The notes beneath the pieces are model-generated. The model saw nothing but the letters and a program-made list of their open reading frames with translations. It was not told where the DNA came from and searched no databases. From contig OZ242326.1 of NCBI GenBank assembly GCA_965208325.1, positions 2,912,001 to 2,976,000 on the forward strand: DNA of 64,000 nucleotides, given 5' to 3'. This document shows, piece by piece, positions 9,909 through 18,320 of this stretch; within the stretch, counting starts at the first letter, position 1; the number at the start of each line of letters is the position of its first letter. Both the position numbers and the translations under genes were made by a program. This DNA comes from Candidatus Poribacteria bacterium. Its GTDB lineage: Bacteria; Poribacteria; WGA-4E; PCPOR2b.

Positions 9909-9936
9909 ATTTCCGATAATACCTATTAGCGGACAT
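9909..9936. other. dif-like tyrosine-recombinase site
   Basis: ATTTCCGATAA-TACCTA-TTAGCGGACAT (11-6-11). Confidence 0.5.
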
Positions 9937-10012
9937 CCTTTCAGTCCGCGTCATAAGGAATGTCCATAACCCCGCCATTCATTTTCGCCTATGCACCAAT
10001 CTCTTTCCTTCT

Positions 10013-10210
10013 CTAACGCTTGTCTCCCCGCAGGTGTCTCGACAAACCCTTCAGCACCAGGTGGCCATGATACCGTTCGAGATATTCAGAACAATCAAGT
10101 TTAGGCAATTTAGGTTCTAAAACGATAATGGTATTATGGGCTTGGTCATGTCTGCCGCACGCCCAGCACAAGCAACATAGAAGGCAAAATAGGAACAATC
10201 GGTTTAACAT
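10013..10210 (-). CDS. small putative lipoprotein or fragment
   Basis: signal-like N-terminus ending CWAC; overlaps the upstream stop. Confidence 0.35.
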   Translation of the reverse strand: MLNRLFLFCLLCCLCWACGRHDQAHNTIIVLEPKLPKLDCSEYLERYHGHLVLKGLSRHLRGDKR

Positions 10211-10692
10211 TGTGAGACCCGCGATTGAACCGTTTTTAAGAGTTGTCTGCCTGCGTCCTCATCAATAGACCATAGCACTCCTATAGAAATGCTTTCCTTA
10301 CCGCGAATCTTATTGAACTCCTCGACTCTAACCGGATTATTAACGATTGGGAGATACCAGTCAACAGGGATTCGATATTCAAAACAAGCGGTATGCTGAT
10401 AAACCAACCGATCACTGCCTTTGAAGCTCGAACCCTGCCAACAGTCTGTGACTCGCCCCGCCGACACAACGCCTTTACGGTTTGCATACATGAAAAGAAT
10501 ATCTCCCGGTTTCAGCTTTCCAAGTATATCTACGCCATATTTCTTAAAGCCCTCTGTATCTACGGCGTATTCCTTATATTTGTCTGATGTAAAACTTGAA
10601 GTGAAGGCGTATTCATATTTAATCCACTTCGCATGGGGGCTGTAACCAAGTTGCTTATTACTAGCATCGGTATTGATGTAATAAAATTTCAT
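10204..10692 (-). CDS. EVE/PUA-like domain protein
   Basis: GGAGG RBS; LKPGDILFMYANRKGVVSAGRV and YRIPVDW motifs typical of PUA-like modified-DNA readers. Confidence 0.55.
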   Translation of the reverse strand: MKFYYINTDASNKQLGYSPHAKWIKYEYAFTSSFTSDKYKEYAVDTEGFKKYGVDILGKLKPGDILFMYANRKGVVSAGRVTDCWQGSSFKGSDRLVYQHTACFEYRIPVDWYLPIVNNPVRVEEFNKIRGKESISIGVLWSIDEDAGRQLLKTVQSRVSQC

Positions 10693-11009
10693 AACAATGT
10701 TCCTCCATGTTAGCGACCAGCACGCCAATGTTCAATTTCCACCCCACACTCTCGGCACGGTGTGAGATTACGCTGTGGCTTGCTGGGATTCTTGAGATGC
10801 GCCTCGTCGAGGCTTGAATAAATCATGATACTCTAAGAAATTCTCCATTTTATCACCAAATTGCTTTTTCTATAGCTCTGCACGCCTCAAATGAATCGTT
10901 GGTGGCTATAAGGCAGTGCCCCAATTGTTTGGACACAAAACTGAGCTCTTCAGTAAATTGTTGGCAGTGAAGGGAGTTGACACCAACCAACCGGATAATT
11001 CTTTTTCGT

Positions 11010-11729
11010 TTGGGTATAGCGGATTTCACCAAATGATGTACAATTTTACGTGCCGGTCTGGAAGCCTAACGACGAACAAAATTCGATGCACGGAGAACCC
11101 GAAGGCGGGAGAGGAAAAGACTATCGCCTTCGCACGTATTCGCCGCCGTTGCTCCGCTCGCCGTAGCCGTTCGTCCTTCAGGTTAGTCATAGCTATTGTC
11201 ACATTAAAACAAAGGTCTTTTCCATTCTCTGGCTATTAGCGTTCACAGTTGTTTACGTCTTGATGGCAGATTGTTGTGTCAACAGTTGGGTGATAGCGGC
11301 GTGGAAATAGTCAAATAATGTCCTCTGCATCTTTTTTCATTTCCTCGGATATGCCATAGGCCGTATCCGAAGTGGAGGTGATTTTACTCTGGGTTTGCGC
11401 AATGTTCTTTAATCTAGTAGCGCCGTATCTGGGGGAGGGTAACATGATTGCTGTATTCAAGATTCTTCCCGGATTGCTCACACCTTTTCAATTCGCTTGT
11501 AACGTTTTGCATTGCCGAACCGCATCCAATAAACCAAACGCGCCGGATTCAAGGCAAGACTATAACTCGAGAAAACTATTGCCCTCGTTATTCACTCGGT
11601 TGATCCTTCGCTATTCGCTCAGTTGCTCGTTGGGGTCGCTGCATCTTAACAAGTTCCGAGCATAATCAAATGCCGATATCCATTCGACATTTCTCGCGTC
11701 TCAAATTTACTCCGCTTACCCAAACTACA
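11010..11729. repeat. REP-like inverted pair plus ACTAT(C/T)GCC..TATTC..GTTGATCC repeat
   Basis: 11010-11150 closely matches 7160-7290; reverse copy at 11628-11729. Confidence 0.75.
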
Positions 11730-11757
11730 AAAACTTGCGCTCCCCTTCATCTTGGAA

Positions 11758-12480
11758 TTATTCAGGACGCCCCTTCGAGTTCAGTTTGTAACCGAACTCA
11801 GTCGCGTGGACAGCATACAGAAACCCGTGAGAATCCGTGTCAATCACTAAAGCCAGTAATTGCGCCTTTTCGTCGTAGTTGTCCAGTATCAGTTTCTTGA
11901 CCGCCTCCTTGTTATGATTACCCTCTGTAAGATCATGCTTAACATCCTTATCCGACAGCATCAGGAGGCCCAGTCTGGTGTAGTTAGACTTATCTGGTAG
12001 CTTACGACCCTTCTCACGATTAGACCGCCGAGTTTTTGCGAGATTAGTGCGATTCCGAACTTTCAGGATACGCGAATAGTCAATTTTACTTGGCTTTGCG
12101 CCGCCGACATTGCATACTTTCAGGATATGCTCAGCCTCGAGATACGCGAATAGGGTATTCTCCGTAGCGCTAAATACAAGATTGATAAACATAGTGGGAC
12201 CATAATTGAGACGGCGTGCCACGATCTTCACACGCTTGTATGTCTCAGTTTTCAGGTGCATGTTTATGCGCTTTTCGAACGGCGTCACATCTCTCTGTGT
12301 TTGCTCGATAAACTCCTTGCGCCCTTGCCTCATTCGTTCTATTAGTTTCTCGTCGTCCACGTTTAGGATAATGTTGAATACCTCGCTCGTGGGCTGTGCT
12401 CGACGATGGGATACACGCCGAATACGATAGCCACAGTCCGCTCGAACAGAAATACATTGAGTATTGCTCTTTTTCTTCAT
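11758..12480 (-). CDS. hypothetical basic protein, possibly DNA-binding
   Basis: long ORF; RINMHLKTETYKRVKIVARRL is RHH-like; start uncertain (12480 or 12525). Confidence 0.5.
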   Translation of the reverse strand: MKKKSNTQCISVRADCGYRIRRVSHRRAQPTSEVFNIILNVDDEKLIERMRQGRKEFIEQTQRDVTPFEKRINMHLKTETYKRVKIVARRLNYGPTMFINLVFSATENTLFAYLEAEHILKVCNVGGAKPSKIDYSRILKVRNRTNLAKTRRSNREKGRKLPDKSNYTRLGLLMLSDKDVKHDLTEGNHNKEAVKKLILDNYDEKAQLLALVIDTDSHGFLYAVHATEFGYKLNSKGRPE

Positions 12481-12540
12481 CCTCGGTATCTTTTGTATCT
12501 GTATTTGCTTAAGTGCCAAATTCATTTATACAGTAGAGAC

Positions 12541-13211
12541 TTACTTGAAGATTTTAAGTTCCCCGTTCTCGACAACCAGCACTACCGGGTCATAAACCAC
12601 ATCACCTCAACGTTAAACGAGAACGACCCTAAAATGGTATCCGAATCCGCGATATTCGCCAGCGCACGCCGAACCGCCGCCGCCTCGGTTGTGCCAGCGT
12701 TGACAATCATTACGGCTATGATATACAGGGCAGTATACGATTGGGCACCCCACTGATTCAGTTCAATGCTATACGTCGCCCGGTAATTCTCCACAAACGC
12801 TTGATTGCCCGGCGTGTCCGCTAGGCAGCTCCAATTTGGAAAAGAGACCGCTCCTTCCGCAACATCGCCTATAATAGCGATTTCATTGCCGGTCAATTCG
12901 GGCGTGATATACCGAACCGAGGCGGGGACACCCAGCGCACGCCCCTGGCTCATAATCCGAGTGCGTCCGGTCGGTAAAGCGGAGACATTGTTTTCGGGCA
13001 GGTGATGCAGCAATACACGCCCGATGGCTTTCGCCGCGTAGTATATCGTGTGTCCCTGCAGTTCCGTCCGAACGTCCTTAACAAATGTATACGTGTCAAA
13101 ACCGGGATAGATACGCTCAAGTTTTCGTCCAATGACCAAACCGTCTTGAGTCAGATCGAAAAGTGTGCGTTGACTCATGCCGGAAAATTTGCGCCGCTCT
13201 TTCACACTCAT
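12541..13211 (-). pseudogene. chimeric pseudogene: DNA-alkylation-repair-like N-terminus fused to the C-terminus of a LivK-like SBP
   Basis: ADTPGNQAFVENYRA..ALANIADSDTILGSFSF matches 393-1565; frameshifted tail GDVVYDPVVLVVENGELKIFK* ends at 12541. Confidence 0.7.
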
Positions 13212-13256
13212 TTAAATCTCCAGCGCGTTTTGCCGGATTGCATGAGGTTACTTAAA

Positions 13257-13378
13257 TAGGACTTACGCAATAAGTTCAAAAGTCCCCCTAACAAAGGGGA
13301 TTTAGGTGGTTAAAAACACTGAAAAAACGGCCGTTTGAGTCCAATAGTTCCTTTTTCTGCTCAATTTGCGTAAGTCCG
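13257..13378. mobile_element. MITE with terminal inverted repeats
   Basis: GGACTTACGCAA ... TTGCGTAAGTCC; internal CCCCCT..AGGGGATTTAGG repeat also present at 30929-30959. Confidence 0.7.
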
Positions 13379-13383
13379 TCTCA

Positions 13384-14610
13384 TCACAAATTCGATCGAA
13401 AAGAACGTTCTTCAGTCTCCTCAAAAAACAATTCCTCGCTCTGAGTCGCCATCTTAACTGCAATTCGATCTTTTAAAATTCGTGGACTGAAATTCTTGCG
13501 TACTTCCTCATCAATTCGGTTCAATAAAAATGGGATTTCATGGCCGGGACTGTTCATCTGACAATCGGAGGCCATGATGCGTAGCATATCCTCTAGATGA
13601 TGCTTATGTACTTCAAATCCGAATGCCTTGCTCCTAGGTTTAAAGACTCCTCTGAAAATATCACGGGCGATGCCATTTTTAAATCCATCGAAAGCATGCT
13701 GGTTACGGACACCGTTATTCTGATTTAAGTGGTTTTCTAATGTCTCGACTACGTAAACTTCACCAGCACTAAGGGCGCGAGCAAATTTGGTAAATGTAGG
13801 ATTAGCTATTTTTTTGACAATACCCAGAACTTGCTTTTTTTTGGTCTCAAACAATTTGTTATACAACTGCACCCCTTCTTGAGTTGATACAAGGTACTCA
13901 TCGACCAAAGGACCATCCAAAAACAGATAAGGTTCATCAATTTCTAAACAGTGCTCAACTTCGTAGTATCTCAAATATGCGGTTGGATATATGCCAAAGA
14001 GACCTTGTTTTTCGCGTGCAATGAAATCGTTTGTATCGACCGCATCAGAAAGCAAAACCTTACTTGACCAATAGTGCAGCGAATCTTGCATCGGCCGACG
14101 ATGTGAGAGGCTGCCGATGCCAACACAAATCGCTTGTCCGGCTGAATACTTTTGCATCGGTAGGGCAAAGGTGCCATCTATAGCGGCAACTTCCCCTTTC
14201 TCTAATTCTCTCGCCTCACTGAATAAACCAAACTCTACCTTACGCAATGGCGGTAAATCAGAATCGATTCGCCTGGCTTCCATAGTCTCGCGGGCTTTCC
14301 GTATTGCCCGAATTGCCCGATCGCTGCTGAGCATTTCTACAATATCCTCAGCGATCTCCCCGAAATTAGAAGCGAACTCATTTCTTGATACACGTCTCGA
14401 ACCATTGAGAAGTTCTTGAAAAATCTCAATATGCCGCTTGGGTGTCCCACGCCGGGATTGGTCGCTGTTACGTATTGCCACAACACCGTCGGCGGTCTCA
14501 TCGAAATTAACGACTGATTCATCTCTTGATTCACCTAGGAGTTTGTGAACCATTTCAACTTGTCGATTGGGTTTCGATGAATTGAAGAACTTCCTAATCC
14601 TTCTTAACAT
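13384..14610 (-). CDS. nurA: NurA-family nuclease
   Basis: VAAIDGT and LFLDGPL acidic motifs, C-terminal IPFLLNRIDEEV; directly downstream of herA. Confidence 0.75.
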   Translation of the reverse strand: MLRRIRKFFNSSKPNRQVEMVHKLLGESRDESVVNFDETADGVVAIRNSDQSRRGTPKRHIEIFQELLNGSRRVSRNEFASNFGEIAEDIVEMLSSDRAIRAIRKARETMEARRIDSDLPPLRKVEFGLFSEARELEKGEVAAIDGTFALPMQKYSAGQAICVGIGSLSHRRPMQDSLHYWSSKVLLSDAVDTNDFIAREKQGLFGIYPTAYLRYYEVEHCLEIDEPYLFLDGPLVDEYLVSTQEGVQLYNKLFETKKKQVLGIVKKIANPTFTKFARALSAGEVYVVETLENHLNQNNGVRNQHAFDGFKNGIARDIFRGVFKPRSKAFGFEVHKHHLEDMLRIMASDCQMNSPGHEIPFLLNRIDEEVRKNFSPRILKDRIAVKMATQSEELFFEETEERSFRSNL

Positions 14611-14620
14611 TTGAAATTCC

Positions 14621-16180
14621 TCACTTCTGATTGGTTCTGTTCGGGACGGTGTTATCGCTGCGCATTAGCTCAAATGGAGATGGTGCCATCTGCACTGGAA
14701 TTACGTTGAACGATTCAAACATCTTAACAAGAGCATGACCAGTTCCGAGTCCCAACGCTTCTATAGAGTACCTCTTTCCCATTGTCTGTGTTGCAGAGTC
14801 TGCTTCATCCTTGCTGTTCTGATGCATAACCATGTGCGTGTTGAGATTATTCATCACACGTTGAGGGATTTGTGAAGCGTTTTGAAGGCTAAGTATAATT
14901 GAGTGATCAAGTGTTCGTCCTTCTCGCATAATGCGGTTGAATGAACCAGCAAGTGTATCGCTGTAACGTGACTCATTATCAAAAATGCGGTGCGCTTCAT
15001 CTACCATGTGAACAATGCCCACTCCTTCCCCCTTACTGCGATGCGATTGGCAACCATCCAAGACGTAAGACAAGAGTAAGGCATAAGATGAATCGTCCAT
15101 CTGTGAATAATCAATGACCAATATTCGTCCTTTACTTACATCAAAATCAAATTGGCGTACTGTCTTGCCATCAACAGCATCTAGCCACGGCATTTCCTCC
15201 CTGCGGCCTCGGACTTTTCGCAAGATAGTATTCCCTGTTCCCCCATGAATCCGTTCTCCCGGATCTACGTTTGGCTCCATGCGATTTTGAACAACTTTCA
15301 AGATGTCATCAAGTGAATATGGCTTTTTCTCAATTGAATCGGCGGCACTTGCAAATCCTTCAAATTGCAATTCTTCTTCTGTTCTAGGAAAGAAGAAACC
15401 TGCCAACATAGGTGGTGATAAATCGGATGCCCTGCACCCCGCAACAATATCCACATGATTTGGATTGCACTTGCCATGGAATCCGACACGAGTCACGTGA
15501 TAAGCGGAACGAGGTTGCAGTTCATACTCACGAAAGCGCTTCCAGATAGTTTCTACGTTTGGGTCGCTATTTTTAGATTTAATCAACTCATAGTCCGGCT
15601 TTGCGTCATGCACCAAAACGCATTTGTTAAACTTCATTGCCTGATCGATTAAATTCGCAGCAACGTTCGACTTTCCCGAACCCGTACCGCCTGCTATCAT
15701 GATGTGGTGGTTTAACGTTCGCGCATCAATACAGAGCGGTACACCGTCGGCATTGAGAAGCTCACCTATGACGTTAAAACTACCATCTGAATGTGTAGCT
15801 TTCCGAGGGATTCCAATTACTTGACTTATCGTTTCTATATCCAGTTGAGTCACAGGGGCGCCCGGTAATGGCCTTACGCGTGATGTTAGCATCTGATGCC
15901 CGTCGTATTCTCCCAATACCAATATATCAAACACCTGCACCGACTCAACGGATTGTACATCAGCGCGGGATTCCATAAGTTTTAGTCCATGAAGAATCGT
16001 TGGATCAAGGGGGTTTCCTACCGTGGAGACGTTTCGGTTAGGTTGGATAATCTGTCCAATCCACAATTTACCGTCTTGCACTATACGAACATAATCAAAC
16101 AAAGCAAACTCTTCCTCCATTCGCCCCATTGCCTGAATGTTCGATAAGTTGCTGCTTGGACCGTCATGTAATACGAGCAT
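14621..16180 (-). CDS. herA: HerA/FtsK-family ATPase with N-terminal HAS-barrel
   Basis: HIMIAGGTGSGKS, MVDEAH, IMREGR, SLQ motifs; RPLPGAPV HAS-barrel end. Confidence 0.85.
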   Translation of the reverse strand: MLVLHDGPSSNLSNIQAMGRMEEEFALFDYVRIVQDGKLWIGQIIQPNRNVSTVGNPLDPTILHGLKLMESRADVQSVESVQVFDILVLGEYDGHQMLTSRVRPLPGAPVTQLDIETISQVIGIPRKATHSDGSFNVIGELLNADGVPLCIDARTLNHHIMIAGGTGSGKSNVAANLIDQAMKFNKCVLVHDAKPDYELIKSKNSDPNVETIWKRFREYELQPRSAYHVTRVGFHGKCNPNHVDIVAGCRASDLSPPMLAGFFFPRTEEELQFEGFASAADSIEKKPYSLDDILKVVQNRMEPNVDPGERIHGGTGNTILRKVRGRREEMPWLDAVDGKTVRQFDFDVSKGRILVIDYSQMDDSSYALLLSYVLDGCQSHRSKGEGVGIVHMVDEAHRIFDNESRYSDTLAGSFNRIMREGRTLDHSIILSLQNASQIPQRVMNNLNTHMVMHQNSKDEADSATQTMGKRYSIEALGLGTGHALVKMFESFNVIPVQMAPSPFELMRSDNTVPNRTNQK

Positions 16181-16476
16181 CTTCGCCTCTGAAAAGGTGA
16201 GTTAATTTTTACGGGCAAACTAACCTAGACACAATCTTAGCAATGCTTCCGAAGCAGTGATAGCGGTAAGTCCTCACAAAGAGCAAACAAACCCATGGCA
16301 TGTGCCAGGGTTTTCAGTGCTTGGGTTTCCTCAATTTCGTCCGGTCGGCGGAGCACTATTCCCAGGCAGATATTGCTCTATGAATCTTAGCGCTGATAGC
16401 AATTTTGTTTTCTTGATTCAATGTTGTAGGAACCGCTTATTGTAGTGTCGTCCCTAGAAATTCCGTCCGTGTGGCA

Positions 16477-16669
16477 TCATGCTTTCTCATACTCCTTGAG
16501 AAAACCAACAAATTCTCCGCGATGCTTTTCCTCATCAGCGCGCAGTTTGACACAGAGGTCTTGTGTGACGTAGTCAATGCCGTCGCACAAGCGGATAACC
16601 TTATTGTAATGTTCAATCGCCCCGTTCTCCGCGTCAATCACACCGTGGATAGCTGTGACAACATCGGTC
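16477..16669 (-). pseudogene. C-terminal fragment of a ferritin/Dps-like di-iron protein
   Basis: unannotated frame TDVVTAIHGVIDAENGAIEHYNKVIRLCDGIDYVTQDLCVKLRADEEKHRGEFVGFLKEYEKA*, preceded by an in-frame TAG. Confidence 0.7.
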
Positions 16670-16874
16670 TAATCTTCAGTCTGTCGCGCATTCTGATGCA
16701 AGATAATTATACCATCAGGCGTGATTGCGGGTGGAAAGCACGGAAGCGTCAGATTTTGCATCTGCACGGTAACATGACGGTTACTAAACCGGCCGGGAAA
16801 GAACAAGGATAGGAATGAAAACGGAAGAATTACCATGAAACATCGATAATAGCGAGCCTACCCAGTTGCTGCAT

Positions 16875-17166
16875 GTTAGGTAGAGCGATCAAGCGACCGA
16901 AAAGGGAGCACGATAGTTCTTACCTTCAGTAAAAATTACCATGACCGTGCGAAACCCAACCTACAAGAACTGCATACGTGATTGCACGATGAGGCGTTGT
17001 AATCTGACGATTCGTCACGAATGCGGGGCACGCGGAATACTATCGCCTTCGCTATTCACTCAGTTGATCCCCGCCTACAATGGGGGTAGCGTCTGACTCC
17101 TCCTTGCCAAGGGGGAGGATTTTACTAGACAAAACTATCGTCCTCCCTATTCGGTCGCTTGATCCC
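16875..17166. repeat. REP-like and ACTATCG..GATCCC repeats
   Basis: GGTAGAGCG..GCGAAACCCAACCTAC; ACTATCG..TATTC..TTGATCCC twice. Confidence 0.65.
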
Positions 17167-18276
17167 TCAGAATTTCAACCCCAAGCTAACGCGGTGCGCG
17201 CGCTGTAGATGACCAAAATCGGCAAACGCATAATCGAGAGAAAGCATCGTAGCGGCAAAATCCATGTGCATACCCAAGCCGAGCGTAAGCCCCTCTTCAT
17301 CATCACCCCGGTCAGCGCCCAACCGGAATTTATAACCGCCGCGGAGCGCAACCACCTTTTTGTACCAATACTCCAAACCGAAATTTACCCGTTCGCTATT
17401 GTCGTTCGGATGGTTGCCGTCGAGTGCGACCGTGAGCAGGCTTTCGCTAGAATCAATCAAATCGAAGGCGATGCCGAGGCGGAAATTTGACGGCAACGGA
17501 AATTCCACGGTTTCTAATTCAGCCGTTCGCGTCGGATTCGTCGTGTCCGGATACGGGCGGTAGTCCGCGTTTCTGGGATCGCCCGCCGCTTCGGCGCCGG
17601 TTTCAAGGTCGGGACCGCTGAAGCGCATTTCAGGCCCAAAATTCGAGAATGACATTCCAATGCGCAAACTTCTCCAGCCGGTGTGGTACAAGGTGCCGAC
17701 ATCCACGGCGACCCCTCTGGCGCTCTCGCGGTGAATCTGTTGATGAATGTATTTGGCATTGATACCGAAGGAGAGGCTGACCCCGGTTTCTTTCTCGTAA
17801 AGTTGTCTGGAATACGCCGCCGATACCGCCGCATCCCACGCCGAGAACCACAACCCCGTCCCATCCGGCTTTGAGAGCGTGGTAATTTCCATATCCGGGA
17901 CGTTCAGAAATGTAACGCTTGCGCCCAAGGTGCCCACCTTGTCAATCGGCGTGGCGAACGCAAGATAGTTGTACCGCACATCCGCCAACCATATTGTGTG
18001 CGTGTCTGAAAAGCTAGTGTGTTCGAGTTGGCTTAACCCGGCAGGATTCCAGTAGATGCTTGTGACATCGTTCGCAAGCCCGCCAAACGCGCCTCCCAAA
18101 CTATCCACCCGCGCGCCGGGTCCAATTTTCAGAAACTGTGCGCCGGCAGTACCGACATTTGTGGTCGCGTTACTCGTAGCCGCCTGTAAAAACACGGCGG
18201 CAACTATAAGCATAGAAATTAACGAGGTGAATCGCCGACTGTTCATCGCTTTATTCATAAAAATAGTTTTGTGCAT
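17167..18276 (-). CDS. PorV/PorQ (UPF0164)-family outer-membrane beta-barrel
   Basis: GAQFLKIGPGAR, SIYWNPAGL, LDYAFADFGHL..HRVSLGLKF. Confidence 0.85.
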   Translation of the reverse strand: MHKTIFMNKAMNSRRFTSLISMLIVAAVFLQAATSNATTNVGTAGAQFLKIGPGARVDSLGGAFGGLANDVTSIYWNPAGLSQLEHTSFSDTHTIWLADVRYNYLAFATPIDKVGTLGASVTFLNVPDMEITTLSKPDGTGLWFSAWDAAVSAAYSRQLYEKETGVSLSFGINAKYIHQQIHRESARGVAVDVGTLYHTGWRSLRIGMSFSNFGPEMRFSGPDLETGAEAAGDPRNADYRPYPDTTNPTRTAELETVEFPLPSNFRLGIAFDLIDSSESLLTVALDGNHPNDNSERVNFGLEYWYKKVVALRGGYKFRLGADRGDDEEGLTLGLGMHMDFAATMLSLDYAFADFGHLQRAHRVSLGLKF

Positions 18277-18320
18277 GGTCTTCTCCTGCTGAAGAGCGCG
18301 CCTCAAAGGCGCATCCCCAT

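Noticed and set aside
5228..12525. Intact prophage
   Set aside because: No capsid, portal, large terminase or tail genes
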